Under the pieces are notes generated by a model, which made no database searches, was not told the origin of the DNA, and was given only the letters and a program-made list of their open reading frames with translations. DNA of 61,453 nucleotides, counting the filler, from Nemertoderma westbladi (Eukaryota; Animalia; Xenacoelomorpha), in NCBI GenBank assembly GCA_032718475.1. It is 3 parts of 3 records of this genome, joined end to end, with 100 filler letters (N's around TTAATTAATTAA, not from the genome) between each part and the next. Parts side by side here need not be neighbours in the genome. Positions count along the whole stretch, not along the records: positions 20,018 to 44,695 come from JAUCBJ010004231.1; positions 44,796 to 61,453 come from JAUCBJ010006602.1; 1 more part is not named here. One strand, written 5' to 3'. How positions within the stretch are numbered: position 1 is the stretch's first letter; the number at the start of each line of letters is the position of its first letter. Positions 36,726-50,174 of this stretch are shown piece after piece. The position numbers and the translations under genes were made by a program.

Positions 36726-37598
36726 GGTATTGCAGTATCTGGCAGTCTGGTAGGCCTATCGGCAGATCGGTATTATTGGGCAATTGATTTGTTTTTTAGG
36801 TTAGGGTTAAGGGTTTGTTGTACAAAGCCACAAACCGTAATAAAACCGTTCCGTTACCTACCGCGCTACCCACTACCGGTAGGCCTAATTCAGACAGTCA
36901 GTTCAGTCAGACAATCAGTCAGTTTATCTGTTTATGTCTTTTGTACAGCTGTAGGCAGGTAGGCCTATGCTGCCTGGATTCTGCTGGACATACTGTATTT
37001 AGGCATTAGGTGTGCTACAAGTTATCCTGTTAATGGATGACTCAGTGGGGTCCGTCTAAAAGCCACATCTGCACATCGGACCCAATCGGACCACATCGGG
37101 GCCACATCGGAGCCACATCGGCCACAAATTAGCAATTTAGGATGTAAATAACAAGTTCCAGCACCAACTGACCAAACTCGTATCAGTAATTCAGTAATTG
37201 TTAGTCTTTCTGACAACAGGTCAGGCTGGTAACCGGTACTGCACTGCAGTAGGTACTAGATACTAGAATATCTAACTGTCTAATGCAGCTAGACTATTGC
37301 CCCTACTTATACAGCAGTATCTGGTATTGCAGTATCTGGTATCGGCAGATCGGTATTGGGCAATTGATTTGTTTTTTAGGTTAGGGTTTTAAGGGTTTGT
37401 TGTACAAAGCCACAAACCGTAATAAAACCGGTACCGTTCCGTTACCTACCGGTAGGCCTAATTCAGACAGTCAGTTCAGTCAGACAATCAGTCAGTTTAT
37501 GTCTTTTGTACAGCTGTAGGCCTATGCTGGCTGGATTCTGCTGGACATACTGTATTTAGGTGTGATACAAGTTCTCCTGTTAATGGATGACTCAGTGG
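36726..37598. repeat. ~300-bp direct duplication (36726-37048 and 37323-37598)
   Basis: ggtattgcagtatctgg...cctgttaatggatgactcagtgg occurs twice with small indels. Confidence 0.85.
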
Positions 37599-37687
37599 TA
37601 CTTTCGACTATGCGCGAAGCGTGTGGAAAGGTTTTTAATAGTGGACCAGTCAAGGCGTACGATATACTATTCAGTGACTGGGGGCAA

Positions 37688-38136
37688 GATTTTTTTTACA
37701 ACAATTTGATATTTTGATATGGGGAGAGTTCTATAAATTTTAATTTGCTGCAATTTATTGATTTTAAACACGTTTTAGAACGATTCCATGCGTTTTAAAT
37801 AGAATCCAGATTTTTTTCTAAAAAATGTTCTAGAACAAAAAATATGTGTTCTAGGACGTAATTTTTTTAAAAAATGAATAGCTAACATCTTCTGGAACAT
37901 TTTCTATACAAATAGTAACAAGAACTAGCTACTACAAAATATTTATAGAGGGGAGTAGGATATCGGAACCAGCGTCGAAATTACTAGCTAAACCTACCTA
38001 AAACACTAGCTACCATAAAATTTTGTATCTTACTTAACGAGGAAGCTTCAATTACGTCCATTGATAAAATTGCAGCAAACGAAAATTTATAGAACTCTCC
38101 CCATATCAAAATATCAAATTGTTGTAAAAAAAATCT
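37688..38136. repeat. Inverted repeat, ~75-bp arms (MITE-like)
   Basis: agatttttttttacaacaatttgatattttgatatggggagagttctataaatttt vs aaaatttatagaactctccccatatcaaaatatcaaattgttgtaaaaaaaatct. Confidence 0.8.
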
Positions 38137-38139
38137 AGA

Positions 38140-38780
38140 ATTAGGCTTAAAGCCGATAACTGAGATTGGTATACGTGCACATAAAAAATGTATGGTCAAA
38201 TATGATGACACCAGTCAGTAATATGACAACAGGTGTAAATATGATGATACATGATACATTAAACAAGCGTTTGCCTTATGTGAAACCCATAACTGTGCAG
38301 GTCTTAAGTTACTACAAAATTCAATTACAATCAATATTTAGTGATCTTTCTATTGAATCAGTGAAGAGTCGTGTAATAATGTAATAAATAAATCTCAGTC
38401 ACGAACAAAATTTGAGATTTACAAAACAATAATAAATCCTAATCTTACCGTTCATACGGTGTACAATAACAGTCGGCAATTATTTTGCCAGATTTTAGGA
38501 GAGTCCCGTTGACCAGATTGCAACTGATATCGCACAACCTCCGTAGTTAAAGAGGTCGATGGAGTCGCACGCCACCTAGTGAGCGTGTATGCCTATGAGA
38601 TAATATCTCAGTGCAAGACGAGACACACGTGTTATTGAATTATAGCCTTACTGAAAATCTAAGAATAGAGTTTGGATATGAAAATATAAAAAATTTACAG
38701 GAATTAATGAATAAGGAAAGCACCATAAATAATAAGTTGTGTAAATTTTTATTCAAAGTGCGAGAAATATTTAAGTGATT
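38140..38780 (+). mobile_element. Decayed C-terminal region of a non-LTR retrotransposon (RTEX-like zinc-finger end)
   Basis: Fragments RTKFEIYKTIINPNLTVHTVY, LTRLQLISHNLR, GRWSRTPPSERVC, VQDETHVLL. Confidence 0.6.
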
Positions 38781-40197
38781 TATAGAGGCCTATTTGTGTT
38801 TTTATGAAAGTAAAGGTTATTATATTTACCTATGTAACTATAAATTTGGACAGGAAGTGCTTCATTATATTAATTATATTTGATTGGTGTTTTAATGTGT
38901 TCTTGCGCAGCGCTGGATTATTATTACTAATTTACAACATATTACCTTCTTGTCAATTAACTTATAAATCAGGAAGCCCCAGGTTGCAGAGTATGGCAGT
39001 TTTCGACCCGATGTGGTGCGTGCAGCAACGAATCACGCCCTTGCAGGCGTGCAGCAGGCGTTCATAAAGCGTGCAGGCGTGCGTGTTGTAAGTAAAAAAT
39101 CACCCGACGTGCAGGAGTGGCGGGGAAATTCATTAAAGTCATATCATTATAAATATAATTGTGTAAAAGTGTAAGTCATACATTATCTCAAACAAAGGAA
39201 GAACTCCAGGAAGCGTAGGAAAGTCCCCATTTCGACTTCGACCCACAGCACGAACACACCCCACATCACTCACTCACACACATGGAAATCCGTCTGTCTA
39301 ATGATTGTTGTTCACGAATTGTGAGCCAATCGCAGTGTCTCGCCACACACACCACATAATACAATAGCAGCAAAATTGTCTGCTCAATGACTGGGAGTCT
39401 GACTGCACAATGATCGTGAGTTTTTCATCGATTTATTCGCCGTCAGGAAATTATACAACATATTTCATTTTGGCCCGTTTGCTGTAAGATTATGCTGGAA
39501 AACGGTTAGCCAATCATAGGCGAGTATTTTCGGTATCTCCAGTCTCCATTCCCTGCTACTGTACTATATAGACTGACAACGTACGAAAAAAAATTACTTT
39601 TCAAATGTCCCTTTAGGGGTTCCGTAGTGAAAATAAATCAAATTATCTCATAAAAAAGATTCGATTATCCCATTTAATGAATTAGAGCTTCTTTCAATTT
39701 AAGCAAAGATTTAAAACAATAAACAGTTTATAATTACAATTTATAATACCCAGACACTCGAAACCACACAGCCAGTATCGGCACCAATGCCTGCCTAGCG
39801 TCTTAGGTTAATGTAAAACTAAAAAGGCCTACAGTAGGCCTATTTCTATTTATAATTGTGTTTATGTGAATTTATGTGTTATCCATTAAAGGAAATTATA
39901 AACTTGTATTTATCTCATAATTCGCCGATTTTTGTGTGCTTTTTGGATGCAAGTAAGGCGTTCGACAAAATAACTAATTATTTGCTGTTTCGGAAACTTA
40001 TTGGTAGAGGTGTCCGAGGTGTTCCAATCTGAGTAGATTGTTTATAGTTAGGATTCTCACAGTGTGGTGTAGAGAACAGTGCATGTACGTACATACGATG
40101 GTCTTGTGTAGTTTCAGACGAATTTAGGGTAACTGATGGAACCAAACAAGGGCGGGGGGGGGGGGGGGGGGGGGTGGTGGTTAAGTTTGATGTCAAT

Positions 40198-43100
40198 TTG
40201 ATCTGGTGTATGTAGTGTATCCCTGGTGTATGTAGTGTATCTCTGGTGTATGTAGTGTATCCCTGTTTGATCTGGTGTATGTAGTGTATCACTGGGTATG
40301 TAGTGTATCCCTGGTGTATGTAGTGTATCACTGGGGTATGTAGTGTATCCCTGGTGTATGTAATTTATCCCTGGTGTATGTAGTGTATCCCTGGTGTATG
40401 TAGTGTATCCCTGGTGTATGTAGTGTATCCCTGTTTGATCTGTTGTATGTAGTGTATCCTTGTTTGATCTGGTGTATGTAGTGTATCCCTGGTGTATGTA
40501 GTGTATCCCTGGTGTATGTAGTGTATCCCTGGGATATGTAGTGTATCCCTGGTGTATGTAGTTTATCCCTGGTGTACGTAGTGTATCCCTGGTGTATGTA
40601 GTGTATCCCTGGTGTATGTAGTGTATCCCTGTTTGATCTGATGTATGTAGTGTATCCTTGTTTGATCTGGTGTATGTAATGTATCCCTGGTGTATGTAGT
40701 GTATCCCTGGTGTATGTAGTGTATCCCTGTTTGTTTGATCTGGTGTATGTAGTGTATCCCTGTTTGTTTGATCTGGTGTATGTAGTGTATCCCTGGTGTA
40801 TGTAGTGTATCCCTGTTTGATCTGGTGTATGTAGTGTATCACTGGGTATGTAGTGTATCCCTGTTTGATCTGGTGTATGTAGTGTATCACTGGGTATGTA
40901 GTGTATCCCTGGTGTATGTAGTGTATCACTGGGGTATGTAGTGTATCCCTGGTGTATGTAATTTATCCCTGGTGTATGTAGTGTATCCCTGGTGTATGTA
41001 GTGTATCCCTGGTGTATGTAGTGTATCCCTGTTTGATCTGTTGTATGTAGTGTATCCTTGTTTGATCTGGTGTATGTAGTGTATCCCTGGTGTATGTAGT
41101 GTATCCCTGGTGTATGTAGTGTATCCCTGGGATATGTAGTGTATCCCTGGTGTATGTAGTTTATCCCTGGTGTACGTAGTGTATCCCTGGTGTATGTAGT
41201 GTATCCCTGGTGTATGTAGTGTATCCCTGTTTGATCTGATGTATGTAGTGTATCCTTGTTTGATCTGGTGTATGTAATGTATCCCTGGTGTATGTAGTGT
41301 ATCCCTGGTGTATGTAGTGTATCCCTGTTTGTTTGATCTGGTGTATGTAGTGTATCCCTGTTTGTTTGATCTGGTGTATGTAGTGTATCCCTGTTTGATC
41401 TGGTGTATGTAGTGTATCCCTGTTTGATCTGGTGTATGTAGTGTATCCCTGTTTGATCTGTTGTATGTAGTGTATCCCTGTTTGATCTGGTGTATGTAAT
41501 GTATCCCTGGTGTATGTAGTGTATCCCTGGTGTATGTAGTGTATCCATGTTTGATCTGGCGTATGTAGTGTATCCCTGTTTGATCTGGTGTATGTAGTGT
41601 ATCCCTGGTGCATGTAGTGTATCCCTGTTTGATCTGGTGTAAGTAGTGTATCCCTGTTTGATCTGGTGTATGTAGTGTATCCCTGGTGTATGTAGTGTAT
41701 CCCTGTTTGATCTGGTGTATGTAGTGTATCCCTGGTGTATGTAGTGTATCCCTGGTGTATGTAGTGTGTCCCTGGTGCATGTAGTGTATCCCTGTTTGAT
41801 CTGGTGTATGTAGTGTATCCCTGTTTGATCTGGTGTATGTAGTGTATCCCTGTTTGATCTGGTGTATGTAGTGTATCCCTGTTTGATCTGGTGTATGTAG
41901 TGTATCCCTGTTTGATCTGGTGTATGTAGTATATCCCGGGTGTATGTAGTGTATCCCTGTTTGATCTGGTGTATCTAGTGTATCCCTGTTTGATCTGGTG
42001 TATGTAGTGTATCTCTGGTGTATGTAGTGTATCCCTGTTTTATCAGGTGTATGTAGTGTATCCCTGTTTGATCTGGTGTATGTAGTGTATCCTTGTTTGA
42101 TCTGGTGCATAGTAGTGTATCCCTGGTGTATGTAGTGTATCCCTGTTTGATCTGGTGCATAGTAGTGTATCCCTGGTGTATGTAGTGTATCCCTGGTGTA
42201 TGTAGTGTATCCCTGGTGTATGTAGTGTATCCCTGGTGTATGTAGTGTATCCCTGGTGTATGTAGTGTATCCCTGTTTGTTTGATCTGGTGTATGTAGTG
42301 TATCCATATTTGTCGATCTGGTGTATGTAGTGTATCCCTGTTTGTCGATCTGGTGTATGTAGTGTATCCCTGTTTGTCGATCTGGTGTATGTAGTGTATC
42401 CCTGTTTGATCTGGTGTATGTATTGTATCCCTGTTTGATCTGGTGTATGTAGTGTATCCCTGTTTGATCTGGTGTATGTAGTGTATCCCTGGTGTATGTA
42501 GTGTATCCCTGTTTGATCTGGTGTATGTAGTGTATCCCTGTTTGATCTGGTGTATGTAGTGTATCCTTGTTTGATCTGGTGTATGTAGTGTATCGCTGTT
42601 TGATCTGGTGTATGTAGTGTGTCCCTGGTGCATGTAGTGTATCCCTGTTTGATCTGGTGTATGTAGTGTATCCCTGGTGTATGTAGTGTATCCCTGTATG
42701 ATCTGGTGTATGTAGTGTATCCCTGTTTGATCTGGTGTATGTAGTGTATCCCTGGTGTATGTAGTGTATCCCTGTTTGATCTGGTGTATGTAGTGTATCC
42801 CTGGTGTACGTAGTGTATCACTGTTTGATCTGGTGTATGTAGTGTATCCCTGTTTGATCTGGTGTATGTAGTGTATCCCTGTTTGATCTGGTTTATGTAG
42901 TGTATCCCTGTTTGTCGATCTGGTGTATGTAGTGTATCCCTGTATGATCTGGTGTATGTAGTGTATCCCTGTTTGATCTGGTGTATGTAGTGTATCCCTG
43001 TTTGTTTGATCTGGTGTATGTAGTGTATCCCTGTTTGATCTGGTGTATGTAGTGTATCCCTGTTTGATCTGGTGTATGTAGTGTATCCCTGTTTGATCTG

Positions 43101-43880
43101 GTGTATGTAGTGTATCCCTGTTTGATCTGGTGTATGTAGTGTATCCCTGTATGATCTGGTGTATGTAGTGTATCCCTGTTTGATCTGGTGTATGTAGTGT
43201 ATCCTGTTTGATCTGGTGTATGTAGTGTATCCCTGTTTGATCTGGTGTATGTAGTGTATCCCTGTTTGATCTGGTGTATGTAGTGTATCCCTGTTTGATC
43301 TGGTGTATGTAGTGTATCCCTGTATGATCTGGTTATGTAGTGTATCCCTGTTTGATCTGGTGTATGTAGTGTATCCCTGTTTGTTTGATCTGGTGTATGT
43401 AGTGTATCCCTGGTCTATGTAGTGTATCCCTGTTTGATCTGGTGTATGTAGTGTATCCCTGTTTGTCGATCTGGTGTATGTAGTGCATCCCTGGTCTATG
43501 TAGTGTATCCCTGTTTGATCTGGTGTATGTAGTGTATCCCTGTTTGTTTGATCTGGTGTATGTAGTGTATCCCTGTTTGTCGATCTGGTGTATGTAGTGT
43601 ATCCCTGGTCTATGTAGTGTATCCCTGTTTGATCTGGTGTATGTAGTGTATCCCTGTTTGTCGATCTGGTGTATGTAGTGTATCCCTGGTGTATGTAGTG
43701 TATCCCTGTTTGATCTGGTGTATGTAGTGTATCCCTGTTTGTTTGATCTGGTGTATGTAGTGTATCCCTGTTTGTCGATCTGGTGTATGTAGTGTATCCC
43801 TGGTGTATGTAGTGTATCCCTGTTTGATCTGGTGTATGTAGTGTATCCCTGTTTGATCTGGTGTATGTAGTGTATCCCTG
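40198..43880. repeat. Compound minisatellite of 20-, 29- and 33-bp units
   Basis: Core ggtgtatgtagtgtatccct with optional gtttgatct, gtttgtttgatct or gtttgtcgatct. Confidence 0.97.
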
Positions 43881-43884
43881 TGTG

Positions 43885-44695
43885 TCCACCATAGGAGTAG
43901 CACCCACACATACCTTCGGGTTGCAGATAGGAGTAGCGCCCATCCCTACCATCGGGTAGCAGCTATGACTAGCGACAGCCCCTACCTTCGGGAAGCAGAT
44001 AGGAGTAGCGCCCCGCCCACCCCTACCTTCGGATAGCAGATAGGAGTAGCGCCCACCCCTACCTTCGGGTAGCAGCTATGAATAGCGACAACCCCTACCT
44101 TCGGGTAGCAGATAGGAGTAGCGCCCACCCCTACCTTCTGGTAGCAGATAGGAGTAGCGCCAACCCCTACCTTCGGGTAGCAGATAGGAGTAGCGCCCAC
44201 CCCTACCTTCGGGAAGCAGATAGGAGTAGCGCCCACCCCTACCTTCAGGGAGCAGATAGGAGTAGCGCCCACCCCTACCCTCGGGTAGCAGCTAGGAGTA
44301 GCGACAACCCCTACCTTCGGGTAGCAGATAGGAGTAGCGCCCACCCCTACCTTCGGGTAGCAGATAGGAGTAGCGCCCACCCCTACCTTCGGGGTAGCAG
44401 ATAGGAGTAGCGCCCCGCCCACCCCTACCTTCGGGTAGCAGCTAGGAGTAGCGTCCACCCTTGCCCTCGGGGAGCAGATAGGAGTTGCGCCCACCCCTAC
44501 CTTCGGGTAGCAGCTAGGAGTAGCGCCCACCCCTGTCCTTCGGGGAGCAGATAGGAGTAGCGCCCACCCCTACCTCCGGGTTGCAGACAGGAGTAGCGTC
44601 CACCCCTACCTTCGGGTTGCAGATAGGAGTAGCGTCCACCCTTGCCCTCGGGGAGCAGATAGGAGTAGCGCCCACCCCTACCTTCGGGTAGCAGA
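43885..44695. repeat. 36-bp GC-rich minisatellite, runs into the gap
   Basis: gataggagtagcgcccacccctaccttcgggtagca, ~22 units. Confidence 0.95.
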
Positions 44696-44795
44696 NNNNN
44701 NNNNNNNNNNNNNNNNNNNNNNNNNNNNNNNNNNNNNNNTTAATTAATTAANNNNNNNNNNNNNNNNNNNNNNNNNNNNNNNNNNNNNNNNNNNN
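44696..44795. other. Artificial contig spacer (44 N + TTAATTAATTAA + 44 N)
   Basis: Identical to the spacer at 19918-20017. Confidence 0.97.
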
Positions 44796-45214
44796 CGCAC
44801 AATTATTGAGTACAAATTTAATCCTTCCCATTATTGGTCAAGTCTCTGCTGGTGTGGAGCTAGCTGCTGGGAGTTGTGGCTGTAGACTAACCTGAGAGGA
44901 ATTGTAATAGAGGCAACCAGTATTGCTATTCCAGCCCAATCACTGAATTGTGTTTATTATAGGCTGGACGGGCCGCATAACCGTTCGACTATTACTACTA
45001 TTGCTATCTCAGTTAAATGACAGATATAATAACATAAATACAATCCATGGCATGGCTGTTGTAGGCTTCTGAAATAGTTTATTCCACAATGTATATGTCT
45101 GGTTATTTTTTAATTCAATTTTTGCAAAGTAGTAAAATTAATGTTCTTAAAAATAATATTATTATTTTATATGTAACCTAGGAAATTAGCTACATTTTTT
45201 CGCTGCAGCTTTAA

Positions 45215-47911
45215 CCTTCATACGTACCTTATTCTAATTTGTATTTGTGTCCCTTGGGGTCGTTTGCGACCCCAGTATATTTTACTATTAAAATAGGTAC
45301 AAGTTCCATAATATTTTTAAATATTAGAATACTCCTACATTAATTGACATTTTTAAAACATATCAACACTCTTGGAAACTTCGCGCAGCACGTGAAGTAT
45401 ATTTTGTACTACATAAATAAAAGCATTTTATAGTTTATTAAAATTCTTCAAGTAATTGGTGGATCACCCAAAAGGATATTTTAATGATGATAGTGTAATT
45501 TAAATATTATTTGCCTACAAACAAACTGGATACCCTGTTATTTTGTCTCAATCTGGCATGTAAATATGACAAACCCTACCAACCCACCCCATTGCCCAAT
45601 TTACCCATTGTTCAAGTAAGCATTTAAATTTGGCTACTATTGAAACATAATATTCAATATTATTCAATATAATTCGTAGTGTGCTGTATATTACAGCAGA
45701 GATCCTATGCAGTTCGTACATATAGCAACTGCGTGGGCTTGACAGGCAAAGTTCTTACATTTCGTGCATACTAGTACAGTTTTTACATCACTGGCTCGGT
45801 CATGTAATGAGCAACGACGCCGCTTGTGGTCGTGGTTGCATTCAGAAATGGAAGAGTATGACTTTGAGTTTCCGGAAGATCTCTCATCTTCTTGGGCATG
45901 GGCGACGTTAATGATATCAATAGCGGCTTGTGACCGTGGCATAGTGGATCTGGCCATCATAAATGGCCCAATAAGTTCGCGGCCAAGGCGTTCTAGAAAT
46001 AATCGTCGTCGGTAGAGCTTTCCTTTCTTCCAATCAGGGAATAGCTCAACCCATATAATTTAAGCATTATATTATTATATATTATGTCAGCCGAATCTAC
46101 ACCACCTTTATATTTATTGTAGAAAAGTATTATATCTGGTTTCTTGTCAGCACGATTACTATTGACAGATGCATCATAATGCATGGTACTCATCATCGTC
46201 ACAACCTTATCTTTTTTTCGACAATATGATAGAATGGTTGTATCATCTCTATGTCCAAATATTGAGCTGTACAGAACTCGGTTCTTGGGATCAACAAACT
46301 CCTTCGGTAATTCGGGCTTATTCTTTCTGACTGTGCCAACTAATGTTTGATTGCGTTTCTTTAGTAACTGTCCCAAATTATACGATGTATAGAAATTATC
46401 AGTAGTAATATTTCTCCCAGACAAACCTTCAGTTAGCTGCAAAACAACCCTCTGGCCCTGGTTCACTTCACGTTTATCCTGCCGTCCTATATAAGGTTGT
46501 AAATTCCATATATAACTCAGCATGCCTGTGACAACAACCCAAAACTTGATGCCATATTTAGCTGGTTTATTAGGCATGTATTGTCTGAAAGAACACCTTC
46601 CTCTAAATTTCAGTAACTGTTCATCAACACACAGATTTTCATTGGGAACGTAAGCTAATGACAGTTGTTTTACAAATTTCTCCCATATGGTTCTAATAGC
46701 AGCAAACTTATCTAAGTCTCGGCGACGCCCTTTCTTATCATCAAATCTCAAAAATCTACATATTTCTCTAAAACGTTTTATTGGGATGGTCGCTGGAAAT
46801 ATTGCCCTACCCGACTCCGCTGACCATAATTGGTCAACAGCTTCTCCAGCTGAACGGAAAACTCCAGCTAAAATAAGTAACCCCAAGTATGCATTAAACT
46901 CATCATAGGTTAGCAGTTTCCAGTTATCCCCCAACTTACTTGTAGCCTCCTTATTAGTCATCTCAATAACCATACTTGTAATGCTCAAAGTTATAAAGAT
47001 AACAAATGTGTTCAAAATATCAGTACAATGGGTAATGGCATATCTGGTTGGACCGGGTTTATTCCGAATAATATTTCTTTGCTGAGACTTGTTATTATAA
47101 ATCGTTTTTTTGCTCCATATGATACGTTTATCTATATTCTTTTTCGAGTGACGAGAATAATAAAATTCCTCTGAATCATCGCTAGATCGAGTAGATCTTG
47201 AAGAACTGGAAGAATCGCTATCCTCATCCTTGCTATCCCTTCCAGAATCGTCGCTGCCATCTGCCTCATCGATAGGGATTTCTCCATCCGATTCTTCAGC
47301 ACTGGAATTGCTGTTATCATGATCGTCCTCATCTCCTGAAGTTTCTGCTCCATCTAAAAGAATACAGGAAGAGTCCTCTTCCGAAACCAGTGGGCGTGTA
47401 ACCGCGGAAATTCCAACGAAATCCACACGTGCAGTTCTTATTCGTTTAGGGTATTGCTTACTCATAGCTGATTACTACAATTGAGGATAATAATTATATT
47501 GATAATAGGATATAAATATTTTAATATGATTGTTTTTGGCCTACTTTATGTTGTGATACTGTGATAGCTATGCTGGCAATTCAGCTCTTGTCTGCTGGTA
47601 GAACAGTAACAGTACAACTACTGCACTGAAATAGAAAACTGGTTTCAAATTTCCCTCGTTTTTAAAGGAAATTATATAGTATTTCAATAAGACTTTCATT
47701 GGGGTCGAAAATGACCCCAAGGACAATTAACGTAATTTATCGATTTACTCCACTACATGTTTTTCTATGGAAATGAAATTTTAATCGCAATGAAGTAGTT
47801 GTGTGGGTATGGCATTCCTGAAATTTTAGCCTAGTAGCACAAACCAATCTTGAGATATAGCAAATACAATACTGCTTTGGGGTCGTTTTCGACCCCAGGG
47901 ACGTATGAAGG
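45215..47911 (-). mobile_element. piggyBac transposon, both ends present
   Basis: TTAA at 45211-45214 and 47912-47915; TIR CCTTCATACGT; subterminal TGGGGTCG..GACCCCA palindromes near 45255, 47700 and 47878. Confidence 0.96.
45691..47465 (-). pseudogene. piggyBac transposase (PGBD-like) with a deletion/frameshift after GGVD
   Basis: Acidic N-terminus; CVDEQ, KPAKYGIK, TTDNFYTS, GTVRKNK, YNKYKGGVD; the Cys-rich C-terminus (CSLH..CTKC..CQAH..CTNC) lies in another frame at 45691-45960. Confidence 0.93.
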
Positions 47912-48616
47912 TTAAGAGTGTACATTGATTTAATATTATTTCAATACCCATATTACTACATCGGCATAAGATGCGTTGGCGTTGTATCACACATCTCCAC
48001 ATATCACACATCTCCACATAGATGTATCAACAGTTACTCGCACAGTTTCGAAACTTCGCATAGTTATAACTGTATAAAGATCGTCAGTCTGCGTTTAGGA
48101 AAAATATTTTATGACAAAACAGGACAAGCGACGAGCGCAACGAGGCATATAATGAAGACGAGTACTGCGTTGACTAAATTATTATATAAACCACCTGGCT
48201 TCACATATTGATCGCATCCCTAGTTATTATTATTATAACGATCGTCCTAGCTTGCGTTTAAGAAATATATTTAAATACAAAACAGGACGAACGCAAAGAG
48301 GCTTATAATGAAAACGAGTACTGCGTTTATTATATTCCTATAAACCACCTGGCTTTGCATATTTAACGTGCGATTGGAAATAAGTTCGTGCTACCCTTCC
48401 GTGGGTGGTAGATGTCGCGGTTATGTATTGGTGGGTGGGAAGGGAGGGGGGGGGGGTGGGGGGAGATTAAAAGGGGTGAACACGTACTGTCCACCTTTCT
48501 TTGATTGATTGGTGGTGTGGGTAAATTTCTCAAAACCTGATTTTGTGATACAGTCGCTGCATTTTAATTTGTATATAATAACTAGGCCTCGTGCTGCGCG
48601 AAGTCCCCACGAACGT

Positions 48617-49466
48617 GTAATTACCACAGTTAAGTAAACTAAAATAATAAAAGTAAAAATAATAAGCATTATTTTTGTTTGAATATATTTTATGTATGGT
48701 TGATATATCTTCTTGAAATTTGGTAAGAGTGACCTACACCTACAAGCATTGCTTATTTAGAAATTCTAAATTCAGACAGACTTTAAAGTTCCCCTGTCTG
48801 CCGCTAGGGGGGCGAATTGACAGAATCGTAGAAGTAGCTGTGTAATTATAGAACCAACTATCAGATTCCATCTGAAATTTGGTAGGAGTGAACAAGGAGC
48901 ATTGCATAATTATAAATTCTATGCCTAGACGGACTTTTATAGTTCTTATGTTCGTTATTCGTTACTACTGTATGTTCTAGCTCCAAAGAGCCCTGTCCAT
49001 AAATATCTCCATGGCGCTACAGTATGGCCCTAATGCTGTTAAGCTCATTGTAATTCATTCTGGCCCTTTTTCATCTCAGTTTATTGGTAAGATCAATTTG
49101 GATGCAAAAGGCCACTGTAAAAGATGTATATTTGTGGCCCTAATGTAAATCATCTCATTTTTTATGATAGTAAAGGTGGCCCTTTTCCCGTTCATTTAAT
49201 TCAATAAATTAATTTTGAATCAAATGGGCCAGTCAAACTTTCTCAAAAAATGACATGAATAGTAACATGAATTGTAAGACTTGCAATGTAATTACCACAG
49301 TTAACCAAACTAAAATAATAAAAGTTTTAATAATGCATTATTTTCGTTTGAACATATTTTATGTATGGTTGATACATATATCTTCTTGAAATTTGGTAAG
49401 AGTGACCTACACCTACAAGCATTGCTTATTTAGAAATTCTAAATTCAGACAGACTTTAAAGTTCCA
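48617..49466. repeat. ~175-bp direct repeat pair (48617-48792 and 49288-49466)
   Basis: gtaattaccacagttaa...aaattcagacagactttaaagttcc occurs twice. Confidence 0.8.
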
Positions 49467-50174
49467 CTGCATCATTGGAGGATTGATTAATCTACGGAAT
49501 AAGAACACTGAATAGCCTGAAGTAATGAATTACCCCAGCTTGACTGATATATAATTAAAATATATTATATTTTAATTAAATATTTTAACTCAAATTATAC
49601 CGTTACTTCGGTAACAACTCTAATTGTTACTAATGTTTCTATTGAAACTATGTATATAACTTTTATTAATTCCGTAAACTCCTTTTAGTAATCATTGTTA
49701 TATTCATGGAATACCGGTTAGTAACTTTGTACTTGTTTCAGCAATTTTTAGTGGTGGTATACTTTTATTTCCATTAAAAAACTATATTATACCGTTAAAA
49801 CAATATACAGTAGGCTATACTTATAGTAAATAAATTTTATGATTTTTCAATTCCTAACTTCAAATTGTGCTAAATTCAATATATTTAATTAAAACATTAC
49901 ATTGTGCATCTAATATTCTGAATTCTTCTAAAATTCATATTTTTTATTTCGTTTCATCATTATAATTATTACCTTACCTACTATTGTTCTATATATATTC
50001 AGAATTGTGCTGAATTCCTTATTTATATTTGTCCGTATCTGTCTCTGATGTCCTACAACACACACACACACAGTTTGTCGAGATGCAATAATAAGTAAAT
50101 TACATTTTTAACTACGGTATAATTAACATTTTTTTATTTTTGGCTCCTAATAGTCGTATTATGAATTTTAATAC

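Noticed and set aside
36796-36815. ttaggttagggttaagggtt as a telomeric seed
   Set aside because: Only one perfect TTAGGG, inside a duplicated dispersed repeat.
39978-43952. Long minus-strand ORFs up to 1008 aa (GIHYIHQ/GYTTYTR/RDTLHTP)
   Set aside because: They are by-products of a stop-free minisatellite. Unit lengths of 20 and 29 bp are not multiples of 3, and all three frames give the same peptides.
43982-44530. ORFs with 12-aa repeats (VGVGATPICYPK; ADRSSAHPYLRV)
   Set aside because: Translation of the 36-bp repeat on both strands; indels break the frames and there is no unique coding flank.
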